Positions 7,624 through 16,967 of a stretch of 37,894 bases of DNA are shown here, piece after piece; position 1 is the stretch's first letter, and every line of letters begins with the position of its first letter. A program made the translations under genes and the position numbers. The notes beneath the pieces are model-generated. The model made no database searches, was not told the DNA's origin, and was given only the letters and a program-made list of their open reading frames with translations. Source of the DNA: Thermoplasmata archaeon (lineage in GTDB: Archaea > Thermoplasmatota > Thermoplasmata > Lutacidiplasmatales > UBA184); NCBI GenBank assembly GCA_030039525.1, contig JASHVI010000197.1:1-37894 (forward strand), read 5' to 3'.

Positions 7624-10002
7624 ATGGGCGGCGTGAGCGTCCGACTGCTCGTCCTCGCCGGCCTCGCGGTCGTGCTGATGGGCGTTCCTCCGCTCTCCGC
7701 GGTGGCGGCGGCCCAGCCGCTCTCGCCCGACCGCGTCGCCCCGTCGCTGGCGGTGCCGCCGGCCCTCGCGCCGGCGGTCATCTCTCCGGTCGATGTCGTC
7801 GACTACGTGCCGATCAACATCACCAACAATCAGTCCGTCGCGACCCCCGCTCCCTTCGACCTCCAGCTGTCGGTCAATAGCAGCGCCTACGCCCCGCTGG
7901 AGGCCGGTAATCTCTCGAACGTCGAATTCTTCGGGTCGAACGGCTCGATCGTGCCCAGCTGGTTGGAGTCCGGCGATTCCAACAGTTCCAACGCAACGAC
8001 CTATTGGCTCAACCTCAGCGGAGGGATTCCCGCCACCTCATCGGTCACCCTCTACCTGGGCTTCGGACGCCCGGGAGATTTCCTGTTGAACAACGTGAGC
8101 ACCGGGGAGGCCCCCCAGCTCAGCGCTTCGGGGAATCCCTACTCGCCCGGGTCCACAGGGTACGGTGAGTTCGACGACGGCGCGGCCGTGTTCCCGTTCT
8201 ATCAGGACTTCCAGAACGTCGACCCGGGCCAGGCACCGCGCGTGGACGACAGCACCCCACCGCCGGGCTGGTATTCGAGCCCCCCGACGCACACCGGCTA
8301 CTGCAACTACCCGTTCAACGGGGCGAACGGCTGGGAGGCCAACGGGGTCAACGGATGCGGGGTCGTGTTCATCGGATCGGACTTCCCGGTCAACGGGAAC
8401 CTCACGATCGACATCGACGTCGACTGGGTCCAGACCGTGACTCCCAACTGGCAGGCCCCGTTCGTGGTCAGCTCCTCTCCCACCTCCTACGTACCCACCG
8501 GGAACTTCGCCCTCGAGTGGGACGACTATTCCATGGCCAGCTGCAACACCTTCGGATACGGTTCGAGCTTCGACGCCAAGACCGGACCGGGCGGGACGAC
8601 CCGGCACTCGTTCGGCACCGTGTACACCCCCTTCGTGCTGACCGTGAACGCGAGCCAGGTGGCGATGAACTACAGCACGATCTACACTCCTTCCGGGGGG
8701 ACGTTCAACCGCTCCGGTTACCTCGCGATGGCCGTGCACACCAGCAACTACTGCGGTTCCCGGGTCGGGGGCTGGTGGGTCCGAGAGCGGGCCCCGCCGC
8801 CGAACGGCGTCATGCCCTCGGCGTCGTGGGGAGTCCTCGTCCACGTGGGACATCCGAAGCTCACTCTCGCCGTCACTCCGTCCCGGATCGTGATCCCCGC
8901 CTCCGGATCCGGCTCCTTCACGGTGACGGTGGCCCAGACCGGCGGGGGAACCTGCGGCTCCGGGTGCGTTTCCCTGAGCGCCAGCTCCAGCCCCTCGCTG
9001 ACCCCGGTCGGATTCCTCCTCTTCACGCCGTCCGCGGTACGGCCGGGCCAATCGGCGACCCTGGACGTGATGACCTCCGGGGAGGACGGAGGCGTGCAGT
9101 CCCGGTCGCTCCTGTCCGAGTTCACGACGCCCGGGACCTACAGTCTCTCGATCACCGCGCAGATCTACCCGTTCCCGGCGGTCCACCACCGCGCGACGGT
9201 CGTCGTCGAGCCCACGATGGGACTCTTGAATCACCTGAACTTCACCGGACTCCCGACGAGCAACCTCTCCACGCCGTGCAACCTCTCCCTCGTCATCTCC
9301 TGGCCGACCTGCATCGCGATCGAGCAGAACTCCTACGTCGTGGTCGCAGGGGACTCCCGCACCATCTTCTGGACCCAGGCGATCCTCGGGTACGGCCTCG
9401 ATGCGGGGGGTTCCCCCGCGATCTTCCACACCCTCGCTTTCTGGGAGTACAACCTATCGACCGGGCGAAGGACCCTGTTGGCCCAGCATCGGCTGGCGAG
9501 CTCGTGGAGCCCGACGACGTCGACCGTGAACTTCTCGCTATCCACGGAGATCTCCCTGAACGGCACGATCACCTTCCGGGAGACCTACTTCGACACCTCC
9601 CGGCACTCGGAGACGCAATCGTACACCCTGCCCGGCGGTTGGGGAGGCACGCCGACGTTCTACACGGGTCCCTCCTACAGCGTGACCGGAATCCGGCGAA
9701 GCTTCTACGTCAGCCCGCCGCAGCTCGATTTCGGAGGACCGCCGACCGCGGGGAGCGCCACGCTCGCCCCGGGGACGTTCGGCGCCGTCCAGCGGGCGGA
9801 GCTCGAGCTGGGAACGAGATTCTCGGAGGCCCCTACCCTGGGCCTCGTGGTCCTCGCCGGCGCCACCGGCGATGAGTTCGAGGACCAGTCCGGGGTGCAC
9901 TCCTCTAACCTGGCGTGGGTGATCTCCGCGGGTCCCCCTTCGGCGCCTGCCACGTTCGCCTACGTGAGCGGCGCGGATGACGAGGGGATCTGCTTCTACT
10001 GA
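7624..10002 (+). CDS. Large secreted surface protein: DUF2341-like N-domain, LamG/ConA-like domain, Ig-like domain, unassigned C-terminal domain
   Basis: 792-aa ORF with a signal peptide (LLVLAGLAVVLMGVPPLSAVAAA). YVPINITNNQ...FDLQLSVN...NVEFFGSNGSIVPSWLE...TYWLNLSGGIPATSSVTLYLGFG fits the DUF2341 pattern. GGWWVRERAPPPNG resembles the DWVRVRKY end of the associated LamG-like domain. Very sequon-rich. Confidence 0.7.
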   Translation: MGGVSVRLLVLAGLAVVLMGVPPLSAVAAAQPLSPDRVAPSLAVPPALAPAVISPVDVVDYVPINITNNQSVATPAPFDLQLSVNSSAYAPLEAGNLSNVEFFGSNGSIVPSWLESGDSNSSNATTYWLNLSGGIPATSSVTLYLGFGRPGDFLLNNVSTGEAPQLSASGNPYSPGSTGYGEFDDGAAVFPFYQDFQNVDPGQAPRVDDSTPPPGWYSSPPTHTGYCNYPFNGANGWEANGVNGCGVVFIGSDFPVNGNLTIDIDVDWVQTVTPNWQAPFVVSSSPTSYVPTGNFALEWDDYSMASCNTFGYGSSFDAKTGPGGTTRHSFGTVYTPFVLTVNASQVAMNYSTIYTPSGGTFNRSGYLAMAVHTSNYCGSRVGGWWVRERAPPPNGVMPSASWGVLVHVGHPKLTLAVTPSRIVIPASGSGSFTVTVAQTGGGTCGSGCVSLSASSSPSLTPVGFLLFTPSAVRPGQSATLDVMTSGEDGGVQSRSLLSEFTTPGTYSLSITAQIYPFPAVHHRATVVVEPTMGLLNHLNFTGLPTSNLSTPCNLSLVISWPTCIAIEQNSYVVVAGDSRTIFWTQAILGYGLDAGGSPAIFHTLAFWEYNLSTGRRTLLAQHRLASSWSPTTSTVNFSLSTEISLNGTITFRETYFDTSRHSETQSYTLPGGWGGTPTFYTGPSYSVTGIRRSFYVSPPQLDFGGPPTAGSATLAPGTFGAVQRAELELGTRFSEAPTLGLVVLAGATGDEFEDQSGVHSSNLAWVISAGPPSAPATFAYVSGADDEGICFY

Positions 10003-10210
10003 TCCTCGACTCTCCTTCCTCGCCCAATCAAGAGACGGAAGTCGTCTCCGGCCGGGATGGTCAACAGCACGCGCGCCGGACCCTACGTGGGTTCGGTCGT
10101 GGCGAATCAAATCTCCTTCTTCCGTCGCTTTGGACTCTGCCGGGGCGGGGCCGTTGCTCGCACCCCGAACCGGGTGCGTTCTCTCCGACCGGTCAAAAAT
10201 TTCTCAGGAC

Positions 10211-10218
10211 TATATGTA
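10211..10218 (+). promoter_or_regulatory. TATA-like box upstream of the membrane-anchored thermopsin gene
   Basis: tatatgta lies about 40-46 nt upstream of ATG 10257 and is preceded by an aaaaattt stretch. Confidence 0.35.
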
Positions 10219-10256
10219 TTGGCGAGGGTCCTCGCGCCGTTCCTCGGGGTTGGCGC

Positions 10257-12386
10257 ATGCATTGGAGCCCCGGAATCACCCACGTGGAGGCCCGGTGGAT
10301 GGCCTGGGGGATCTTCGCTACTGCCTTCCTGCTTGGACTCCCAATCGCCGGGTCGGCCCCGGTCCAATTGCCCAGGCCCCCGGGCCTAGCCGGCGAGACC
10401 GCCCCGATCTCGCAGCCGGTCGAGTGGGTCGCGGGTCCGGCCCACGAGGTAGGCTCGGGAAGCGCTGGCCGACCAGACAGTCCAATGCCCGCGGTAGTGA
10501 ATCCGTACCTGTTCGAGTCGGATGAGCCGGCCGCTATCGGTGTCGCCGACTATGGGCTCACCGCTTCCGGAGTAGCGTACAACTATTCGACCCCCGAGTT
10601 CGTAGGAACTGCTTCGATCGGTTCCGTCGCCGTCGCGAGCTCGGGCGGCGCCGGAAAGCTGCTCGGGATCCAACTGAACCTCGTCCTCTCCCTCGGACCG
10701 ACGGGCCACCCCTACGTCTATTGGGTTCGGTTCGCCCCCTGGGTCAACGCCTCGACCGACGTCCTCACCCTGCAGAACGAGGTGTTCAACCTTACTTCGA
10801 CGTCTACGGACAATCCATCTCCCATCTCGGGTCGGGGCGCCATCAACACCGCCGAGGCGGACCAATATCAGTACACGCCGCCCTGTTCGTCGTCGTACCC
10901 CGGCAACTGTGCCGCCCTGTCGTTTCCGGCCCTCATGCAGCTGAGGGCCGTCTCTCAGGACGTCGATGGAGTGCCGGGGCTTGCCATCGCCTACAACCTC
11001 GGCCGTGGATGGATCTCCGAGGACAACATCTCCTTCCCCAGCCTCTCTGGCCTCGCCGACCGCGATTTCGTGGTCAATGGGTCGGGGTACACTCCGACCG
11101 GGCTCTTCTATGACGCCGAGTTCGTTCTGGGCGGTCCGTACCACGGGTACACCCAGACCAACCTGGGTTCGACCATCCAGCTGTCGCTGGACGAGTTCAA
11201 TGGACACAATCTTCAGGTGGTGCCCAACGCCTGGAACTTCGGCGCAGAGTCCTCCAATCGATTCCAAAACGCGTCCACCGTCGTGTCGGCCGCCAACGCC
11301 AGCCCCGCGGACCAAGTCGGGGCCGGGTCGGGCAAGCTCGGCCGACTGTACTCCACCTCGAACGAATCCACGGTGACGGTCGTCGGCGTGCCGACGTCCG
11401 GCGTGCTGACGGTGGATGGCTCTCCCCTCAACTATTCAGGGGGTGAGGCCGTGGTGGAGCTCGCCCCTGGTCGGGTCGCGCTCCAGCTGGTCTCCAACGG
11501 GTCCGTTCTGGCAAGTCGGAACGTGACGTTGACCGCGGGTGAGGTCACCACGATCTCGATGAACGCGTTCTACCCGATTGAGATCGAGGAGGCCGGCCTC
11601 CCGCCCGGAGCGAACTGGTCCATCGACTGGGCAGGTGAGATTCTGAGTTCCAATCTAAGCCATCTCGTCATCCTCGCCCTCAATGGAAGCTACACGCTGC
11701 GCGTCGAGAATGTCACGGGATTCACCTGCAATTTCACGGTCGAGCCGGTCCGGGTTCTCGGTCCTGGCGTGGTTCGCCTGGGCTGGTCACCCTTCCTGTT
11801 CGTAGTGCCCTTCGATGAGACCGGACTCACTTCCGGGACGTCCTGGTGGGTCACTATGGACAACCAAACGGCTCGTGGGGTCGGCCCCACTCTCAACGTC
11901 AGTGCAGGTAACGGATCGTACGCCTTCACCGTTGGTGCGCCCTACGCATTCGTCCCCTGGAGTGCGACGGGAAATGTCTCGGTGGACGGACCTCCAGGCC
12001 CTGTCCAGGTCGGCTTCAACTATCGACTCTCGTTCCTCGCGGGCAGCGTTCGACCCTCAGCTGCCATCGTATCGATCGGGGGAAGCTCGGTTGCGGTCGA
12101 TTCCGGCACCTTCAACGACTCGGTCCTCCCCGGTACCTACTTCGTCAGCGTTTCCGACCTCGGTTATGTTACCTGGTCGCGAAACGTCACCACGACCCCG
12201 GGCAACACGACCGAGTTGGCGATCGCTCTGAACGCGACTCCGTCGGCGGAGAAGCTAAGCCCAGAGTCGGCGCCGGGACCCGACTGGACGCTGGTGGAGG
12301 TTGCGTCAGTGACCGCGGTCGCCACGGTCGTCGGGGTCGCGATCATTCTACTGCGTCGGCGGTCGACCGGTCCGGGTTCGCGGTAG
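10257..12386 (+). CDS. Thermopsin-family (peptidase A5-like) protease with repeated beta-rich C-terminal domains and a C-terminal transmembrane anchor
   Basis: 709 aa. Signal-like MAWGIFATAFLLGLPIAGSAP (alternative start 10299). AAIGVADYGLTASGVAYNYSTPEFVGTASIGSV, LGIQLNLVL and YVYWV are thermopsin-like. The C-terminal WTLVEVASVTAVATVVGVAIILLRRR is a TM helix followed by basic residues. Confidence 0.8.
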   Translation: MHWSPGITHVEARWMAWGIFATAFLLGLPIAGSAPVQLPRPPGLAGETAPISQPVEWVAGPAHEVGSGSAGRPDSPMPAVVNPYLFESDEPAAIGVADYGLTASGVAYNYSTPEFVGTASIGSVAVASSGGAGKLLGIQLNLVLSLGPTGHPYVYWVRFAPWVNASTDVLTLQNEVFNLTSTSTDNPSPISGRGAINTAEADQYQYTPPCSSSYPGNCAALSFPALMQLRAVSQDVDGVPGLAIAYNLGRGWISEDNISFPSLSGLADRDFVVNGSGYTPTGLFYDAEFVLGGPYHGYTQTNLGSTIQLSLDEFNGHNLQVVPNAWNFGAESSNRFQNASTVVSAANASPADQVGAGSGKLGRLYSTSNESTVTVVGVPTSGVLTVDGSPLNYSGGEAVVELAPGRVALQLVSNGSVLASRNVTLTAGEVTTISMNAFYPIEIEEAGLPPGANWSIDWAGEILSSNLSHLVILALNGSYTLRVENVTGFTCNFTVEPVRVLGPGVVRLGWSPFLFVVPFDETGLTSGTSWWVTMDNQTARGVGPTLNVSAGNGSYAFTVGAPYAFVPWSATGNVSVDGPPGPVQVGFNYRLSFLAGSVRPSAAIVSIGGSSVAVDSGTFNDSVLPGTYFVSVSDLGYVTWSRNVTTTPGNTTELAIALNATPSAEKLSPESAPGPDWTLVEVASVTAVATVVGVAIILLRRRSTGPGSR

Positions 12387-12593
12387 AGCTAGCCAAAAGA
12401 CCCGTGGTCGCGGCCGCGTCGCTCTCGAGCGCCGGCTCCCTGACCGGCCGAGTACCGCTGCACCGCATCCTCACCTCCCCTGCGCTCTCCTCAAAGTCCT
12501 CCCGGGACTATCCTCCACCCGTCAGCGGACCGGCTCCGAGGATTGCTCGATAGAATCTTCTGTCGAGCGGCCTGCGTCTCGCCAGGTCAGGTG

Positions 12594-13076
12594 ATGTCGG
12601 CGTGGGAGATGTTCTTCGCCGCGCAGCTCGGGGCCTCCGCCGCGCTCACCGGGCTCCTGTTCGTCGGCATCTCGATCAACATGCCGAGGATCATCGCGAT
12701 CCCCACCCTTCCCGATCTCGCGCTCCGGGCGCTCGTGCTGTTGGTGCAGGTCCTGTTCGTCTCGTCGCTCATGCTCGTTCCCAACATCTCGAGCGCCGTT
12801 CTCGGGGTGGCGCTGCTCGTCACGGTGGTCGGCGGGGGCGCGGCCTCGCTAGCTCTCGCCAACCGGATCCGGCTGCGCAGCGAGAAGCCCTACCGAACGG
12901 GAGCCGTGTGGGGTCAGCTACTGGCCGCCGTCATCGCCGTCCTGTACGTCGCGGCAGCGATGCTCATTTTCCGCGGCTGGACCGACGGGCCCGATGTCCT
13001 GGTCTCCGCTTTCCTACTCTCGTTTCTGGTCACCATCAATGACGCTTGGGTGCTGCTCCTGGAGATTAACCGCTGA
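12594..13076 (+). CDS. Small integral membrane protein (4-5 predicted helices), function unknown
   Basis: From ATG 12594 (MSAWEMFFAAQLGASAALTGLLFVGISI...). It has successive hydrophobic segments separated by short polar loops. The track ORF begins at an upstream TTG (12543). Confidence 0.6.
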   Translation: MSAWEMFFAAQLGASAALTGLLFVGISINMPRIIAIPTLPDLALRALVLLVQVLFVSSLMLVPNISSAVLGVALLVTVVGGGAASLALANRIRLRSEKPYRTGAVWGQLLAAVIAVLYVAAAMLIFRGWTDGPDVLVSAFLLSFLVTINDAWVLLLEINR

Positions 13077-13127
13077 CTCGACGGATGCCCGCACCCCGTC
13101 AAAATCGCACCGGTGCCTGGGGACGGC

Positions 13128-13577
13128 TTACCGTTCAGAAACCTGACTGGTTATGGTGCGGGGCTTGGCAGGAGGCGGGGACCGCCTCAAGGAAGACGTG
13201 ATTTCGACAAGGTTCCCATCGGGATCGTGAAGCTGGAAGTTCCGCAGCCCCATCATCGGGCGATCCGTGGGCGGCGAAGCGATAACCACCCCGATCGACT
13301 TGATCCGGTCGTGCTCGTGATCCGCGTCCTCCACTTGGATGGCAAGAACCACACCCTCGCGTTTTGAGGACCGCGGTGCCGGTGCGGCGAGACCCCCGGC
13401 GGATTTCCAGAACGCCTCGTCCAGCAATACGAGCGTCGAGGGGCCCGAGGAGAATTCCGCGTACGGACCGGCGGGCTCACCCTGGAGGCGAATGACGTCG
13501 CGATAGAACGCGACCGACGCTTCGAGGTCGCGAACAATCAGTATCGGGCCGAAGAATTTCGGGAAGGCTGTGGGCAT
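13128..13577 (-). CDS. VOC (glyoxalase/bleomycin resistance) family protein
   Basis: GPILIVRDLEASVAFYRDVIRL ... FQLHDPDGNLVEI are the typical N- and C-terminal VOC motifs. Confidence 0.8.
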   Translation of the reverse strand: MPTAFPKFFGPILIVRDLEASVAFYRDVIRLQGEPAGPYAEFSSGPSTLVLLDEAFWKSAGGLAAPAPRSSKREGVVLAIQVEDADHEHDRIKSIGVVIASPPTDRPMMGLRNFQLHDPDGNLVEITSSLRRSPPPAKPRTITSQVSER

Positions 13578-13871
13578 CGGGCGCCGTACCCCTCGGCTCT
13601 ATTTCTGCCGCTCGTCCTCTTGCCTGCGATACCGCGGGCGCCCCTCCACCATGCTCCGGTTGCATCGGACAGTGCCGTGAATGTGGGCGTTTTACGCGCG
13701 CCGGGTGTAACTGGCTCTGCGCCCGCCGCCCCCTGTGGAGCGGGCCTCGTGCTCGGCGTGTCCGAGAGCGAGGTGTCCCTCTCGCCCGGCCATTCCCCTC
13801 CGTCCGGGACTCGGAGTTCGCGCCGGAGCCGTCGCGCACGGGCACCAGCGAGACCCCGCCGCTCGTGTCCG

Positions 13872-13878
13872 TTAACTA
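13872..13878 (+). promoter_or_regulatory. TATA-like box ttaacta at -28..-22 of ATG 13900 (leaderless geometry)
   Basis: I counted the distance directly. It is the only AT-rich heptamer in the flanking GC-rich sequence. Confidence 0.35.
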
Positions 13879-13899
13879 GACCCCGGCCTAGCCGACGTC

Positions 13900-14637
13900 A
13901 TGAGCGCCCGGCTTTCGGCGATCGCGTTGGGGGCCGCCTTCGTCGCTATCGTAGTTTCGGGGTTCGCGAGCGGTGCGAGCCCGGCCACCGGCCCCGTCCT
14001 TTTCACCTACACACCATCGTACGCGAGCAGCGGCGGGAGCCCGTACCTCGGAAGCCACGTCGTCATGAGCCCGGGAGCCAACACCCTCCATGGCGTGCAC
14101 GCGTTCAACCTCGCGTCGGGACACGCGGTTCAGAATTCCTCCTCGGCGTCTGGGAAGACCAACGGCAATCCGATCTTCCAGGTCTGGTCCGGGGTGACGA
14201 ATCTCACCTTCAAGTGTACCGCAAGCTGCGCCGCCGTCAGCGGCCCGTCGGTCAAAGTGGTGTGGAAGTTGTCGTGGCAAGCCTCCCTCTACGATGCCAG
14301 CTGCTACCCCGGCACGGGCTACTCGGAGGTTTCCCTTGCGCTCGACGGCAATGTCGTCGATCTGTCGACAACGCCGCGCGCCGCCGTGGGCCAGGGCCGG
14401 CTGGCCATCTACCATGACGAGCTGACGCTGGCGCAAACGCCCGTTGTGACTTCGAAGATCGACCACAGCTATGCCCTCTCATTCCCCGTGACGCTCACCC
14501 ACGGGAACTTCTATCGCGTGACCGAGTACGTGCAAGCGGAGACCCAAGCGGGGGGGTACGGGTGTGGTGCCCGCTCCGACGTGGCGGTCGGCGGGCCACT
14601 GGGCCCCGCGGTTCTCGAATCGATCACCGTGCTCTGA
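13900..14637 (+). CDS. Secreted sequon-rich protein, paralogue D of the six-member family
   Basis: Signal peptide MSARLSAIALGAAFVAIVVSGFASGAS. It shares VKVVWKLSWQASL (compare VRAVWKVAWIVNL in F), SFPVTLTHGNFY (compare SFPIPATLTRGDAY in F and IPVVLSRGHGYY in E) and a GG..GPAVLESITVL-type terminus. Confidence 0.75.
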   Translation: MSARLSAIALGAAFVAIVVSGFASGASPATGPVLFTYTPSYASSGGSPYLGSHVVMSPGANTLHGVHAFNLASGHAVQNSSSASGKTNGNPIFQVWSGVTNLTFKCTASCAAVSGPSVKVVWKLSWQASLYDASCYPGTGYSEVSLALDGNVVDLSTTPRAAVGQGRLAIYHDELTLAQTPVVTSKIDHSYALSFPVTLTHGNFYRVTEYVQAETQAGGYGCGARSDVAVGGPLGPAVLESITVL

Positions 14638-15091
14638 GCGTTCTAAGTCTAGCGCCGCCCCGGAACCCTTCTCCCGTCGGCGCCTCGTTGATTCTTCGGG
14701 TTTTTCCCGGTTGGATCCACCGGAGCGTCGGGCGTCGGCGGCCGGGAAGCTCAGGGTCTGTGCCCGGGCGTCCTACGCCCGCTTCGAGGGTCCTCGCGCT
14801 TGCGGTCGGAGCCGACCGGAGCTGCGGGTCGTAGCCATGACCGCATCCTCTCGGTCCGCTGCGAGCAGGGGGGTGGGATGCTACCCACCGGACTCCCACC
14901 GGCCCCGCGGACGAACGACACGCTGTTCGTCCGCTCCCCGGCGGCCCGCGAGGAACGGGGGCTCCTCTCGGTCGAGGAGGAGGGAACTTACGAGCGGTGG
15001 CTCGAAGGCGCCGCGCGGGGCCGCGAGGCCCACGCCGTACCCGGCGGGGAATCCGATCGCGCGCCGTCGGGGCTGCCGTTCCCGAGGGGGC

Positions 15092-15361
15092 TCACGCGGA
15101 TCCGGACCTTCCGGAGAGCAGGACCGCGATTTCGCGGCCGCACTCGCACGGTCGCACGACGTGGATCGCGCCCCCTTGCTTGGGAACCGCGGGGATCGTC
15201 ACCGAGAACTTCCGCCCGCACTGGTCGCACGTCACGGGCACGCTCGCCTGGACGGGGAGGAAGTGTCGCTTCAGCTTCTCCGCGGTCTCGCGTTGCTTCT
15301 TCCGTTCCCGCGAGCGCTTGAGACCCATGGAGCGCGTGGGGCCCGATGCGTCGACGCTCAT
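15092..15361 (-). CDS. Small Cys4 zinc-ribbon-like protein (hypothetical)
   Basis: The last about 89 codons of the 510-aa ORF 15092..16624: MSVDASGPTRSMGLKRSRERKKQRETAEKLKRHFLPVQASVPVTCDQCGRKF...RPCECGREIAVLL (CxxC...CxC). The composition is protein-like, unlike the Arg/Gly-rich upstream part. Alternative start at 15328. Confidence 0.4.
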   Translation of the reverse strand: MSVDASGPTRSMGLKRSRERKKQRETAEKLKRHFLPVQASVPVTCDQCGRKFSVTIPAVPKQGGAIHVVRPCECGREIAVLLSGRSGSA

Positions 15362-15583
15362 ATGCCCGAGGCCGGGGGGACCCGGCCCCCATGGCGCGGC
15401 GTTCGCCCCCAGCGTTCGCCGGTGGGATCGATCCGGTCGCGCGGTTCGGGACGCATTCGGGGTGCCCGCAATAGCCGGGACCCGGCCGACCCGCGATGAC
15501 ACGGCCGGAAACGACGCAGCAATTGGTCCGACGCTCGAGAAGAGCTGAAAACGGTCGGCGCTATCGCACGCGGGGTCGGAGCC

Positions 15584-16369
15584 ATGGAACGCGCCGGGCG
15601 GTTCAGTCGCTATCTGACGAGAGGACGCGCGGCGATCTCCGTGGTCGGTGCGCTCGCCGTCTGCTCGCTCGTGCTCGTACCGAGCGGCGCGGCCGCCAAG
15701 ACCCCCTTGTACGTGTGGCGCCCTCCGTTTCTCGGCGCGACCGAGTTCAACTACACGAGCTCGTATACGGGGAGCCACTGTGGAGTCACGGCGGGCGCGC
15801 CGATCGCGCCCTTCTTCAACACGTCCACCGGCAGGCTCGCCGCGGAGCTCAACACGACCGCTCGGGAGGGCACGTGCAATGCCGACCTCGATCCGGCGGT
15901 CTACACCGACGTCGGCATCGAAGGTCCGGTCGTTAACCTGACCTCGTGGGGTCTGCACGTGCTCCGGCTCAATTGGAAATTCCACTACAACGCGACCCTC
16001 ACGGTGCACTCGAGCGGGAATCCGGGTTCGGGGTCCACGGATGCGTATGCCCTCTTCTCGTTCACGATCGACCTGGATCTCTGCGACAACACGACCGGCA
16101 CCTGCTCCGCCAGCTCGGGACCCGTCTACTCCGCGCAGGGCCAGATCACCACGGGGGACCGGATCGTGAGTTCCAGCTGGGACGCGCGGATGACGATGCC
16201 GATTCCGGTGGTACTCAGCCGGGGGCACGGCTATTATTGGGCCGTCATCGTCACGGCCGAAGTCGAAGCCTTCGCCGCGGCCGGGGGCGCTTCCAACGCG
16301 GCCACCGCGCAGCTGAATTTCGGACTGCCCGGGAACGAATCCCGACTCACTGAGATCGTGATCCACTAG
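15584..16369 (+). CDS. Secreted sequon-rich protein, paralogue E
   Basis: Signal-like AAISVVGALAVCSLVLVPSGAAA, WRPPFLGAT after the signal, LRLNWKFHYNATL, IPVVLSRGHGYYWAV, and the C-terminal ATAQLNFGLPGNESRLTEIVIH (compare AALNLGAGGAGLSLNRLLVQ in B). Confidence 0.75.
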   Translation: MERAGRFSRYLTRGRAAISVVGALAVCSLVLVPSGAAAKTPLYVWRPPFLGATEFNYTSSYTGSHCGVTAGAPIAPFFNTSTGRLAAELNTTAREGTCNADLDPAVYTDVGIEGPVVNLTSWGLHVLRLNWKFHYNATLTVHSSGNPGSGSTDAYALFSFTIDLDLCDNTTGTCSASSGPVYSAQGQITTGDRIVSSSWDARMTMPIPVVLSRGHGYYWAVIVTAEVEAFAAAGGASNAATAQLNFGLPGNESRLTEIVIH

Positions 16370-16505
16370 GCGGGTCGACGGCGGGGAGCCGAACGGACCT
16401 CTCGAGTCGGCTCCCCGGGGTCCGGGCCTCCGCGCGCCACGGACCGTCGCGTGCCGACCGTGGGGAGCCCGGCGACTCGCCCCGAATCCGAGACGGTCGG
16501 CCGGA

Positions 16506-16967
16506 CTAGCGGGACCGGCCGGGGATCTCGGAGAAACTCGCGGTCCGGGGCATCGCGCGCGCGATTTTGTCCAGCTCGGGGGGCGGGACGCGCGGCTTGC
16601 GATGCTCCAGGTCGAACCAGACACCCTCCGAGGTGACGACCGCGGTCACGTCCTCCGAGGAGTTGCGGAGGGTGTTCACGATGCGGAACCGGACCCCGTC
16701 GGCGGAGATCCCGTCCGCGAGAAGGTCGACGGTGAACGCTTCCAGCAGGCGCAGCTCCTTCCGGTAGACCAGCTCGTCGCGGGTCATCACGGGCCCCACC
16801 CGCTCCTCCGCGAAGCGCTTCCCGGGGAATCCGCGCTCGGCGAAGAAGAGCAGGCGGGTGTCGGCGGCCCGGTGGAGGATCGCCGAGCCGGCCATGTGGG
16901 CGTTCCCGTCCACGTCGCCCCAGCCGACGCGGAACCCTTGACGGAACTCGGGGCCGGGACCCGTCAC
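16506..16967 (-). CDS. Hotdog-fold acyl-CoA thioesterase (4HBT/YbgC-like)
   Basis: VGWGDVDGNAHMAGSAIL... is typical of 4HBT thioesterases. The GTG start at 16967 overlaps the TGA of the upstream hxlR-like gene (GTGA). Confidence 0.75.
   Translation of the reverse strand: MTGPGPEFRQGFRVGWGDVDGNAHMAGSAILHRAADTRLLFFAERGFPGKRFAEERVGPVMTRDELVYRKELRLLEAFTVDLLADGISADGVRFRIVNTLRNSSEDVTAVVTSEGVWFDLEHRKPRVPPPELDKIARAMPRTASFSEIPGRSR

Noticed and set aside
8038-9875. 463-aa minus ORF (8038..9429) and 506-aa plus ORF (8355..9875) inside the 792-aa surface protein gene
   Set aside because: Shadow frames of a gene with recognisable DUF2341/LamG features. Their composition is dominated by R, G, P, D and H.
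14638-15091. Possible gene in the 450-nt gap after paralogue D (ORFs 14564..15499, 14624..14899, 14800..15321)
   Set aside because: All frames are Arg/Gly/Pro/Ser-rich with no motifs, signal peptides or start-site context. I left the region unannotated.
15362-16624. Upstream 420 codons of the 510-aa minus ORF 15092..16624
   Set aside because: It runs antisense to paralogue E, which has a signal peptide and family motifs, and its composition is junk-like. Only the terminal zinc-ribbon-like part was kept, at low confidence.
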